Source: a virus (Duplodnaviria; Caudoviricetes). From it: a stretch of 36,581 nucleotides of DNA. Positions 1 through 8,011 of the stretch are shown in pieces; positions within the stretch are counted from its first letter, which is position 1; each line of letters begins with the position of its first letter. The position numbers and the translations under genes are program-made. A model generated the notes under the pieces. It saw only the letters and a list, made by a program, of their open reading frames with translations, was not told where the DNA came from and did not search any database. The DNA lies in the IMG/VR virus record IMGVR_UViG_3300044580_000075, positions 1 through 36,581 of that record, one strand, 5' to 3'.

Positions 1-195
1 TTGGATTACGAGAACTTTAAGAACCTTGATTAATAAGGGTTAATTTGAGTTCGTGAAATATCCGTTTACTCAATCGGTAGTTAATCAAGATAAATCGTGA
101 TTAAGTACGATTAGACGATTAATTGCGATTAACTCGAATTGAACTTGATAAACTTGAAATCAGTCAAGATCACTCATGAGCCCATCTGACAAACA

Positions 196-224
196 TTGAT
201 TAAATAATTAGATAGTAGTATAAC
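196..224 (+). promoter_or_regulatory. sigma70-type promoter for the early (+ strand) genes
   Basis: TTGATT (196-201), 17 nt spacer, TATAAC (219-224) in an AT-rich non-coding stretch upstream of the first ORF with a ribosome-binding site. Confidence 0.6.
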
Positions 225-319
225 AATAAAACAATTGAACAAACTTCGTTCTTAATCTAGTCAACTGGTGACTTGATGAGTGAACGATTAAACGACCGGA
301 GGGTCAAAGGAGATTGAGT

Positions 320-566
320 ATGAATACCAACACAAACGGAGTTGAGATTGGTGATCGAGTAGAGATGATTGATGAACCTAGAGTTAAGGGAGTGGTTGTA
401 GGATTGGCGATGTTATCTACTATTGCAGATGATATGTTACCTGAGGAAAAAAGATTCGGTATTTGCGTATGTAAGAATACTTGAGGATCCTGAGTTCGGT
501 AGTGTTGATGAGGTGTGTAATACATCAGTGTTGAATCTTAGACTTATCGAAAAGTTTAAAGAATAA
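320..566 (+). pseudogene. small SH3-like hypothetical protein split by a frameshift in an A6 run (or a sequencing error)
   Basis: AAGGAG RBS then ATG at 320. The frame stops at 482-484. Deleting one A from AAAAAA (447-452) gives an 81 aa ORF (...EIGDRVEMIDEPRVKGVVVG...EEKDSVFAYVRILEDP...LIEKFKE) ending at TAA 564-566, just before the RBS of the next gene. Confidence 0.6.
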
Positions 567-584
567 CAAAGGAGGTAGACGAGA

Positions 585-980
585 ATGAGAAGAATGATTA
601 AGCAGGAACGAGACTTTGTTCGTGAGCTTCGTAAGAAACTGAACGACGATCGGAGAGAGTACGTCGTAAGTTTCAACGATCCATGTGTGAGTGGAGGGTT
701 CAGATTGAAAGTGTTTACAGTCAGTTGGAAGGATGTAGATCATCTTGAGGAGGTTGTAATCGAACTGCGACGTAAATATGGTATGAATACACGTATTCAG
801 GTTGAGAGTGATTACGAAGATTTCAAAACAGTAAGAGTGTTTTACAAGCACTCGAAGTCGATTATTACCTTCTATCACGAACAGAGAAAAGTATGGAGAA
901 CGATTGACAGATCACGTCAGTACATGACTCCAGCTGAAGCAACCGAGCACGTCCAGTCAACGTATTCAACTAAGTCATGA
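585..980 (+). CDS. hypothetical early protein
   Basis: 131 aa ORF, AAGGAGGT RBS, ATGA overlap with the next ORF. Confidence 0.75.
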   Translation: MRRMIKQERDFVRELRKKLNDDRREYVVSFNDPCVSGGFRLKVFTVSWKDVDHLEEVVIELRRKYGMNTRIQVESDYEDFKTVRVFYKHSKSIITFYHEQRKVWRTIDRSRQYMTPAEATEHVQSTYSTKS

Positions 981-1162
981 AAGAAGTTATTCGCAAACTT
1001 GATACAGTACGTTTAATCAGACTAATCGATCGAGTACCAGAGTTATATATAGGTCAGATAGGAGTAGTTCTCGCCACTCGAGGAGATGATCGACTAGTTA
1101 AGTTTAAACGTAAACGAGGACTAGTTTCAGTAACAATTGAGGATATCGAACGACTAAGTTAA
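977..1162 (+). CDS. hypothetical protein, small SH3-like beta-barrel
   Basis: 61 aa; D-x-V-R-L...GQIGVV...LVKF pattern typical of small phage SH3-fold proteins; ATGA coupling. Confidence 0.6.
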   Translation: MKEVIRKLDTVRLIRLIDRVPELYIGQIGVVLATRGDDRLVKFKRKRGLVSVTIEDIERLS

Positions 1163-1210
1163 ACTATAAGCTTCAGCGCAAGATCACGACAAGATCAAGG
1201 AGGTAACAAG

Positions 1211-1597
1211 ATGAAAACTGGTGTTATAAGGATTCGGAGTAACCAATTGGTTAACGTGTTCATGGAAGTAGATGGAAATAAGAGAGTATTGTTTCAGGGT
1301 AAAAGATTGCCAAAGAGTTTAGCTCACCTGGAGAAGTATAAAACGAAAGTAACGAAGAAGGAAGATAATGAAAGAGTATTGATTAAGATTAAGACGAGAA
1401 AGGAATTAGGATGCACGAAGAAAGGTTCTATTCCTGGTGGCTGGTCTACACAAATGAGTTATCTATTTGGACGAAAGATTAAGGCAGAGTTTTATCGTGC
1501 CCTCTTTCATGTAAAAGACAAAAACAATCCTAATATTACTTGGTGCTTGCTTCCCAGAGAAGTTACAGTCTTACGAGAGCTGGAAGGAGGTAGATAA
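1211..1597 (+). CDS. hypothetical basic protein
   Basis: 128 aa, AAGGAGGT RBS, TAATG coupling to the next ORF. Confidence 0.75.
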   Translation: MKTGVIRIRSNQLVNVFMEVDGNKRVLFQGKRLPKSLAHLEKYKTKVTKKEDNERVLIKIKTRKELGCTKKGSIPGGWSTQMSYLFGRKIKAEFYRALFHVKDKNNPNITWCLLPREVTVLRELEGGR

Positions 1598-2133
1598 TGA
1601 ATGACGAATCAACAAATAAAGTGCTACCTATCGGATGGTTACCTTATACTCCGGAGGAGATAAGTCCTCCACCTGCCTTGATGCAACCAGATACGAGATA
1701 TTATCTGAGTCGAGATTCTGAATCAGGGTTGATTGGATGGGTACCCTTCGACAGCGAGCCTGAACCTGAACCTGAGCATGATCGAATTAATCCGACTCAT
1801 CAAGTGACGTTTGAAGAGTTGGAGAAGTTCGAAGATAAGCAGCAAACAACTCAGCTTGTGAATAACGAGAAGCTTGCATGGCGTAAGCGTAAGCAAGCGT
1901 TGAGGAATCGAATCACGAGAATTCGTCAGCATGCGAAACAGAAAGGGAGGCAGTTGATTCAGCAGGAGCAAGATGAGATCGCCGCGATTAAGCAGAAACT
2001 TGAGCATATGCGTGGACATTACACTCAGCAGGTAACGAAGTCAAGACTTGACGTAATTGAAGAAAAGATCGACTACCTCACGAAGTGTATAGATGATTTA
2101 CTCTCGAGTTTGAACGAGGCGAAGCATGAGTAA
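1597..2133 (+). CDS. hypothetical coiled-coil protein
   Basis: 178 aa, AAGGAGGT RBS; Pro-rich N-terminus and helical Q/K/E-rich C-terminus. Confidence 0.75.
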   Translation: MNDESTNKVLPIGWLPYTPEEISPPPALMQPDTRYYLSRDSESGLIGWVPFDSEPEPEPEHDRINPTHQVTFEELEKFEDKQQTTQLVNNEKLAWRKRKQALRNRITRIRQHAKQKGRQLIQQEQDEIAAIKQKLEHMRGHYTQQVTKSRLDVIEEKIDYLTKCIDDLLSSLNEAKHE

Positions 2134-2341
2134 GACAGATGTAACGAGAGATTTATCGAAGGCGAGACGGACGCAAGCATTTCAGCTGCTTAAGCTTATT
2201 ACGATTGGGTTGAGCGAGCCGTTCTCAGGAATTATCCACACAGGAAAAATCGAATGTGTAGATGGATCGGAGCTTGAGTTTTTCGAGACGGGAGATGCTG
2301 CAATTTTAGTACCGCCAATAAGTGGAGAGGAACCTACATGA
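2126..2341 (+). CDS. hypothetical protein
   Basis: 71 aa, overlaps neighbours in operon fashion. Confidence 0.6.
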   Translation: MSKTDVTRDLSKARRTQAFQLLKLITIGLSEPFSGIIHTGKIECVDGSELEFFETGDAAILVPPISGEEPT

Positions 2342-2484
2342 GCGAACTCGGATTGATTCTTCTACAAATCGCAAGTGTGGTTGTCTTACTCGTAATCGCT
2401 GAAGTAATATTCGACGTAATCGTCGGAAGGAGGAAACATGATCAAACCAACAAAAGTAATGCTCGCACAAACATATTCGAGTAA
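2338..2484 (+). CDS. small membrane protein (not in ORF track)
   Basis: ATGA overlap, GGAGAGG RBS; MSELGLILLQIASVVVLLVIAEVIFDVIVGRRKH... 48 aa with one hydrophobic helix followed by basic residues. Confidence 0.55.
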   Translation: MSELGLILLQIASVVVLLVIAEVIFDVIVGRRKHDQTNKSNARTNIFE

Positions 2485-3265
2485 TCGTGTACGTCCACAC
2501 GATGAGTGTTGGATTCAGCCAAAGCTTGATGGCATTCGAGTCTTGGCGACAAGAGACGGACTTTGGACTCGTAACTTTAACTTGCTGCCTACTCTTCCTC
2601 ATATCGAGAAGACGTTGAAGCCATTCTTCCTTCGTCATCCTTTCGTTGTACTTGACGGAGAGGCGTACACGCAAACTTTGCAAGATGACTTCCCTCGTAT
2701 TTGCTCGCTCGTGAAGAAAAAGTATCCCTCAAAGCAGGACCTAATCGAATCGAGGCAAATGCAATACTGGATATTTGATATGTACAATCCAACGTCGCAA
2801 TCGGACTGGAGTACAAGATTTCGATTCCTGCAAGAAGTTCAGAAAGACTTCATCTTATCTCGAGATGTTATCTTCACTCCTACCTTTCATCAGATTGGTG
2901 GAGATGTCGAAGAAGTTACGAAAACCTTCCTTAAGTCCGGATTTGAGGGCTCGATCATTCGCTTAAACGGCGACTACGAAGACATTCGTTCGTATAACCT
3001 ACTCAAGCTCAAGCCTTGGATGGACGACTACTTCGAAGTGATTGGATGGGAGGAAGGAATAGGCAAGTGCAAAGGCCTCGTAGGAGCATGGATATGCAAG
3101 ACTCCAACTGGAGAGAAGTTCAGGTGTACAGCAGGTGGCTTCTACACCGAACGAGAAGCGATGTTTAAGACAGCTCAGTTATTCGTCGGAACGAAGATTC
3201 ACGTCAAGTTTCAGCATTATATGCCGAGTGGGGTACCTCGACACCCTGTGCAGTTAATCGACTAA
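2438..3265 (+). CDS. lig: ATP-dependent DNA ligase (minimal adenylation + OB fold)
   Basis: Motif I QPKLDGIR, III LDGEAY, IIIa WIFD, IV EGSIIR, V LLKLK, VI PRHPV. Confidence 0.95.
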   Translation: MIKPTKVMLAQTYSSNRVRPHDECWIQPKLDGIRVLATRDGLWTRNFNLLPTLPHIEKTLKPFFLRHPFVVLDGEAYTQTLQDDFPRICSLVKKKYPSKQDLIESRQMQYWIFDMYNPTSQSDWSTRFRFLQEVQKDFILSRDVIFTPTFHQIGGDVEEVTKTFLKSGFEGSIIRLNGDYEDIRSYNLLKLKPWMDDYFEVIGWEEGIGKCKGLVGAWICKTPTGEKFRCTAGGFYTEREAMFKTAQLFVGTKIHVKFQHYMPSGVPRHPVQLID

Positions 3266-3278
3266 AGGAGGAAACAAG

Positions 3279-3350
3279 ATGAAATCAGCAGGTTGGGCAA
3301 TTTATGGGTTAATCGTTGGGATGGCGTTAGCTATCTTGATAAGCTTGTAA
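3279..3350 (+). CDS. 23 aa hydrophobic membrane peptide (not in ORF track)
   Basis: AAGGAGG RBS; MKSAGWAIYGLIVGMALAILISL*; fills the gap between the ligase and the next gene. Confidence 0.6.
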   Translation: MKSAGWAIYGLIVGMALAILISL

Positions 3351-3359
3351 GGAGATAAG

Positions 3360-3767
3360 ATGACACCAGATGACCACGCTCGTTGGATCGAGCAAAACAC
3401 GCGTTTATGTACGAAACGGAATGTACGGCTACATCCTAAGAACTGTATCGCGTATCATCGTCTTCCGAAGGTTAAGGCAGCTCGAGTTGATGGGTTCGAC
3501 TCCGCTCGAGTAAACAAGATTGGTTATATGCCAATCGAATGCGAAGATTGTCCTGGGCTTCCAATGCCTTCGAAAGTAGCTCCACCGAAGGCAATCTGCA
3601 GCGAGAATCCTTGCTCGCCTAAATACGAACGATCAGCTAAGGTGTATCATCCTCCAGTTAAGCCAAAGTATAAGTTCTTTAACGAAGAGGATGCGAAGCA
3701 GATACATCCGGTTAAGGTATACTCAAAGAAGGAGATTGAAGAATATGAGCGCAAACGTAAAGCGTAA
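3360..3767 (+). CDS. hypothetical Cys-rich protein
   Basis: 135 aa, AAGGAG RBS, six Cys including CEDC. Confidence 0.7.
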   Translation: MTPDDHARWIEQNTRLCTKRNVRLHPKNCIAYHRLPKVKAARVDGFDSARVNKIGYMPIECEDCPGLPMPSKVAPPKAICSENPCSPKYERSAKVYHPPVKPKYKFFNEEDAKQIHPVKVYSKKEIEEYERKRKA

Positions 3768-3951
3768 CTACCGAATCCAATTCAACTGGCACTACGAGAT
3801 TTACACGTTTTACAAATACGCTCATTCGAAGAAGCAAGCCAAACGTCTCTGTTGGGATGAGCTTTCTACTCGTCTCGGCTTAAGCAAACGAGCCGTTCAG
3901 ATGTACTTCGATGGCTCGAAGGATAACGTAAGTATAAAGGAGGTAGCATGA
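3745..3951 (+). CDS. hypothetical protein
   Basis: Start more likely ATG 3745 (MSANVK) than 3691; ATGA-coupled to the next ORF. Confidence 0.65.
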   Translation: MSANVKRNYRIQFNWHYEIYTFYKYAHSKKQAKRLCWDELSTRLGLSKRAVQMYFDGSKDNVSIKEVA

Positions 3952-4226
3952 CGACTGTAAGGATACCAATACTTGACTTTATCGAAATGTTTGAAGATAG
4001 CCTTTCAACTGTAGAGATAAGCGGGATAGTTACTCCTGAAGAGAAGCCGACAAAGGATTGTCCTGGTGGACCTTTAGAAGTAGAGGTGACGAGAGTAGTC
4101 TTCGAATGTCATCCCGACTTGATAATCAAGCTGCAAGATCTTATACTCAAGAAGTATGAGCAGGATCGAGAAGATGAAGCTTATGATAGAGCGGAAGCTA
4201 TCGTTGAAGAGAGGAGAAGATTATGA
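3948..4226 (+). CDS. hypothetical acidic protein
   Basis: 92 aa, AAGGAGGT RBS. Confidence 0.75.
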   Translation: MTTVRIPILDFIEMFEDSLSTVEISGIVTPEEKPTKDCPGGPLEVEVTRVVFECHPDLIIKLQDLILKKYEQDREDEAYDRAEAIVEERRRL

Positions 4227-4528
4227 GCAGATTGGAGGTGTTAAAGAAGTGGCTTGGTGACGAAAGCATGAGGCTACAAAGTAACAATATCGAAATATCA
4301 AGCGTGCTGGGCAAGATGTCCGAACTCGAATCATCAATCCCAACGGTTGTTGAATACAAGGAATATTGCGAGTACACATATAAAGACTATGATTATTCCA
4401 ATGGTAAGTGCCGAGCAGATACATCTTGTGGTATATTTTGGTATGGTGAGATAGATTTATTGTATAACTTTAAACACTGTCCTGAATGTGGCAAAGAAAT
4501 AAAGGAGGTCAGACGTGATCAGTCGTGA
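4223..4528 (+). CDS. zinc-ribbon protein
   Basis: C...TSCG...FKHCPECGKEI, a common phage Zn-finger C-terminus. Confidence 0.7.
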   Translation: MSRLEVLKKWLGDESMRLQSNNIEISSVLGKMSELESSIPTVVEYKEYCEYTYKDYDYSNGKCRADTSCGIFWYGEIDLLYNFKHCPECGKEIKEVRRDQS

Positions 4529-4608
4529 TCAGCCTTGAGCAGGATGGTTAAACTTGAATTTCAAATTAAAAAACTTGATAATCAAAATCTAAATAATAGG
4601 AGGCATAG

Positions 4609-4842
4609 ATGAAAGTAAACTTAAACGTTCACATGTCTTACTTCCACAATAATCAGCTTCTCTCTCGAGAAGAGACAAAAGTCGAAACGGTTGAAGAGTT
4701 TCTAGCTCGTGGCGGACAGATTACAACTCTTCCTACAGGTAAGTCAGATCCTACTGGATGCTCCACTCAAGTAATACGTGAGGCACTCAGGATCTATCAA
4801 AGACGTGAAGCAGCTCAGCTGCTAGCGAATAAAAAATCCTAA
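4609..4842 (+). CDS. hypothetical protein
   Basis: 77 aa, AGGAGG RBS; contains VEEFLARGGQITTLP. Confidence 0.7.
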   Translation: MKVNLNVHMSYFHNNQLLSREETKVETVEEFLARGGQITTLPTGKSDPTGCSTQVIREALRIYQRREAAQLLANKKS

Positions 4843-4856
4843 ACGGAGGTAGTACA

Positions 4857-5153
4857 ATGGCAGTTAACACAAGGATCGAAGAGTTAAGAGACAAGTTGGC
4901 AAAGGGTTTCGAGCTTACACCGGAAGAGATCGCAGAGATCTTGGGTGAGCATGACCTGATCAAAGAAAAGCTCGCGAAGAGGAACGCTTCGGGCTACTGG
5001 CAGAAGCAGAAGGAGCGCATGGCTGCTGATCCGGTATACGCCGAGAAGATCAAACAGCAGAGGAAGGAGATGGGTGAGAGGCAGCGCGACAAGAAGAAAG
5101 CTGAGAAAGCGCTTCTCGACAAGTACATCAAAGAATTCGGTCCGCTCGACTAG
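4857..5153 (+). CDS. hypothetical helical, charged protein
   Basis: 98 aa, GGAGGT RBS. Confidence 0.75.
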   Translation: MAVNTRIEELRDKLAKGFELTPEEIAEILGEHDLIKEKLAKRNASGYWQKQKERMAADPVYAEKIKQQRKEMGERQRDKKKAEKALLDKYIKEFGPLD

Positions 5154-5169
5154 TCTCACCTAAGCAAGC

Positions 5170-6042
5170 ATGGAGATACGAAATACATACTTGAATTCGT
5201 ATGCGAATTGTCCTCGGCGTTACTTTATCGAGTGCGTCGAGGGCATGCTTGCTCGCCCTTCGAAAGCGATGAATGTTGGAGGCTTGACACATGCAGGCCT
5301 TCGAGACACCTACCTACCATCAACGACTAAGTCGTTCTGGGACATCGAGGTGGAGGAGAGAAACGCTGACGAAGAAACGCAAATGCAGGCAGGCAAGCTA
5401 GTTCGCGATTATCGAAAGAGGTATATCCGAGATGGGCAGGATCAGGAATGGAAGGTGTTGTCGGCTGAGTTACCGATAAGCTTTCCTATCTTTGACAAAG
5501 ACATTCCAGTCTACTACTCGGGTACAGCAGACGCTCTTATAGAAGTACAAGATCGTCTATGGCTTGGAGAGCATAAAACATCTGCTTCTATGTCGTCGAC
5601 AGTAATCCTACACTACGCGTATTCTCCGCAGGTGTATGGTTACTTAAAAGCGATACAAGAAGGGTTGACACGTAAGCTTGATGGAGTGTGTATTAACTTA
5701 ATCGTTAAGACTAAGGAAACAGGCTTTCATCGAGAGTATGTACCAGTCAACCAGCTTTGGATGGAACAGTGGGAGCGAGCGACTAAGAGGATGATATATT
5801 CGCTTGTACATTCTTGCTTACGTCAGCTTAATGGCGAACCACTCGATTCGAGCTTTCCACAAAACAGGTACAATTGTGTACCCTACTTCGGAGCTGAGTG
5901 CCCGTTCAGGTTGGTCTGTTGGCATTCTAACGGTCACTTATCGGATGCGATTAAGCAGACTTACATCCAGAATGATAAGAAAGTCACGACTGAGCAGCTC
6001 TTAGAAGTAGAACAATCTCCCTTCCACTCTTTATCGCTCTAG
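5170..6042 (+). CDS. PD-(D/E)XK exonuclease (RecB/Cas4-like, probable Fe-S cluster)
   Basis: N-terminal CPRRY, G-x-x-x-H, E...GTAD...EHKT, Q-x-x-x-Y, C-terminal C-x7-CP-x4-C. Confidence 0.85.
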   Translation: MEIRNTYLNSYANCPRRYFIECVEGMLARPSKAMNVGGLTHAGLRDTYLPSTTKSFWDIEVEERNADEETQMQAGKLVRDYRKRYIRDGQDQEWKVLSAELPISFPIFDKDIPVYYSGTADALIEVQDRLWLGEHKTSASMSSTVILHYAYSPQVYGYLKAIQEGLTRKLDGVCINLIVKTKETGFHREYVPVNQLWMEQWERATKRMIYSLVHSCLRQLNGEPLDSSFPQNRYNCVPYFGAECPFRLVCWHSNGHLSDAIKQTYIQNDKKVTTEQLLEVEQSPFHSLSL

Positions 6043-6051
6043 GAGGCGAAC

Positions 6052-6405
6052 ATGAAAAGTATCGTTTACGCAGAGATTCAAGTTCCAGGATTTCATTCTT
6101 GGCCAGACGCGCCAGATGATCTCGCGTTCCTTCGAGAGGAGCACCGTCATCTCTTCTTGTTCAGGATTGGAATGGAATCTCACCAATCTCGTCAATTCGA
6201 GTTCTTCAAGCTTCAGCAGGCTCTTCGAGATTACATCGAAGATGCTTACGATGAAGTTGAGAGTAGTCTCGGATATGACTTCGGTAACCTCAGTTGCGAA
6301 GAGATAGCACAGAATCTTCTCGACGCGTTCAGAGGTATGGGAATCGTCAACTTCGTTGAAGTGTCTGAGGACCAAGAAAACGGAGCAATCGTTTACAACT
6401 ATTAA
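6052..6405 (+). CDS. dpdL: QueD-paralog T-fold protein, probable CDG decarboxylase DpdL
   Basis: GFHSWP...LREEHRHLF (LxxxHRHxF instead of the QueD CxxxHGH), SCEEIA, VEVSEDQENGA; second T-fold gene beside a canonical QueD. Confidence 0.7.
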   Translation: MKSIVYAEIQVPGFHSWPDAPDDLAFLREEHRHLFLFRIGMESHQSRQFEFFKLQQALRDYIEDAYDEVESSLGYDFGNLSCEEIAQNLLDAFRGMGIVNFVEVSEDQENGAIVYNY

Positions 6406-6433
6406 ACAAAACAAAACAAGCGGAGGTAACACA

Positions 6434-6832
6434 ATGAGAATGAGTTTGAAGTCACTTGCAGGAAATGAACCAGTTCCATCAGGCACGTACACTCTCGGTC
6501 TTGCCAAGATCGACGAGAAGGTATTCGACAAAGGGTCGTGGGGATTCAAAGCTCGCTTCAAGATACTCGAGGGCGAGTACGAAGGTAAGGCTATCTTCGA
6601 AAATCTCGTCATACTCGATCCGGAAGGAGAGGTATCCGGCGCAGTTTTCAGATTCGCACAGTTCGCGACTGTGACTGTCGGAGAAGAGCTTGAAGTCGAC
6701 CTTCAGAACAAAGATGAAGTGAAAGATGTTCTCACAGCTGCCATTGACGTACCCTTCCAGGGCAAGGTAGTAGTCGAGCCCGACGACAAAGGAAATCCAC
6801 GCAACCGGATAGAAGCTTACAACAAGCTGTAA
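6434..6832 (+). CDS. single-stranded DNA-binding protein, DUF669-like OB fold
   Basis: Start ATG 6434 after GGAGGT; PVPSGTY...FKILEGEYEGK..FE...RNRI; in the same module as the Sak4-like ATPase and nuclease; followed by a terminator. Confidence 0.75.
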   Translation: MRMSLKSLAGNEPVPSGTYTLGLAKIDEKVFDKGSWGFKARFKILEGEYEGKAIFENLVILDPEGEVSGAVFRFAQFATVTVGEELEVDLQNKDEVKDVLTAAIDVPFQGKVVVEPDDKGNPRNRIEAYNKL

Positions 6833-6843
6833 TCAGTTGACCG

Positions 6844-6870
6844 GCCCAGCTTCGGCTGGGCTTTCTTTTC
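6844..6870 (+). terminator. Rho-independent terminator
   Basis: GCCCAGC-TTCG-GCTGGGC stem with a C(UUCG)G tetraloop, followed by TTTCTTTTC. Confidence 0.9.
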
Positions 6871-6914
6871 TTCGTAGTGTAGCTTTTCAAGTTCAAATAA
6901 TTTAAGGAGCAAGT

Positions 6915-7292
6915 ATGGTCAAACTAACGTATCCTGAGTTTCATGATCATGTCCGATCACTTGCTCAGAAGCTTCGTCAGCAATCGTTTATTCCAAAGTA
7001 TATCTTAGCGGATAAGCAAGGGTTGATCGCTGCGAGCTTTTTAGCAAGTCGATTCCAATGGTATCCGATCATTCTAGATGCGAGAAATCTTTCCTCGAGA
7101 GGAATTGAAGGGAAGGTACTCGTCTTCTCGTTTTGTTCGGATGATGCAGAACAAGCTTTGTTAAGCGCTGCGTACGTAGTGTTTCAAGAAGCAAGTACTA
7201 CGATAGCGACCGCAGCGGTTATCGAAGTCGGGATGAAAGTAGACTTCTCAGCGACGGATTCACCTGAGGAGATAGGCCCTCCGTGGGCTTAA
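6915..7292 (+). CDS. degenerate type I phosphoribosyltransferase-fold protein (Gpt-like)
   Basis: LTYPEFHDHVRSLAQKL start, GLIAASFLA, GKVLV.., IATAAV, VDF, terminal PPW mirror Gpt/Hpt-like layout, but the VDD..DTG PRPP loop reads VFSFCSDDA. Confidence 0.5.
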   Translation: MVKLTYPEFHDHVRSLAQKLRQQSFIPKYILADKQGLIAASFLASRFQWYPIILDARNLSSRGIEGKVLVFSFCSDDAEQALLSAAYVVFQEASTTIATAAVIEVGMKVDFSATDSPEEIGPPWA

Positions 7293-7302
7293 AGGAGGTA
7301 GA

Positions 7303-7638
7303 ATGAGTAAACGAGAAGAGGCTCCAGGAATACTTATCGGAGTTTTGATTCAAACAGCAGATGGAAAGGATCTTACTCGTAAGGCGATTAAGTTTCCCTT
7401 AACGGATAAGAAGTATCAGGAGTTGCTTGAGCATCAGAGCTTGATCGTAAGTCTTGCGAAGGGATTGCTTACGCTCGCAGGACAGGCTATGGAAAGGTTC
7501 GCTACGACTGAGCTTTCCGAGCTTAAGGAGCAAGCCTTACGAGCAATGGAGGAAGCTAAGCAGTCGAAAAGCAAATCGCAGATTTTTCGAGAAGCAATAA
7601 TCAATGCAGGAAAGGGAGTCGCCAATGCTGACAATTAA
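7303..7638 (+). CDS. hypothetical protein
   Basis: 111 aa, AAGGAGGT RBS. Confidence 0.75.
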   Translation: MSKREEAPGILIGVLIQTADGKDLTRKAIKFPLTDKKYQELLEHQSLIVSLAKGLLTLAGQAMERFATTELSELKEQALRAMEEAKQSKSKSQIFREAIINAGKGVANADN

Positions 7639-8011
7639 TGTCGAGACACATTTCGATGCTGCACATTTCCTTCCCGAACCTTACGAAGGGAAGTGTAGTC
7701 GGATGCACGGCCATAGGTATCGGTTGATCGTAGGATGGCTAGTTAAATCACTTGATCAGGTAGGAATGGCCGTTGACTTCGGAAGGATCAAAGAGAGGCT
7801 TGAAGCTTACCTCGCATCCTATGATCACTCAGTCTTAAACACAACAATGAATGAGCGACCAACAGCTGAGGTAATGACTCTTCAACTTGCAAAGGAGCTT
7901 GACGAGATTACACAAGCTGAATTTCCTGCTCTCCTCTTATTCTCGGTTAAGCTTTATGAGACTCCAGAATGCTTTGCGATCTGGATGCTTGATCGGGAGG
8001 AGACAGCATGA
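7625..8011 (+). CDS. queD: 6-carboxy-5,6,7,8-tetrahydropterin synthase QueD
   Basis: FDAAH, CSRMHGHRY, VDFG, DH..LN, PTAE, ETP; start likely ATG 7625. Confidence 0.95.
   Translation: MLTINVETHFDAAHFLPEPYEGKCSRMHGHRYRLIVGWLVKSLDQVGMAVDFGRIKERLEAYLASYDHSVLNTTMNERPTAEVMTLQLAKELDEITQAEFPALLLFSVKLYETPECFAIWMLDREETA

Noticed and set aside
1756-1776. GAGCCTGAACCTGAACCTGAG tandem repeat
   Set aside because: Only encodes a short EPEPEPE linker; too short to imply a repeat system.
4515-4532. CGTGATCAG direct repeat at the end of the Zn-ribbon gene
   Set aside because: Two short copies only; no associated mobile element or recombinase.
5170-6042. Cas4-like nuclease as evidence of a CRISPR system
   Set aside because: No repeat-spacer array or other cas genes seen; stand-alone Cas4/RecB-like nucleases next to SSB and Sak4 are ordinary phage recombination genes.
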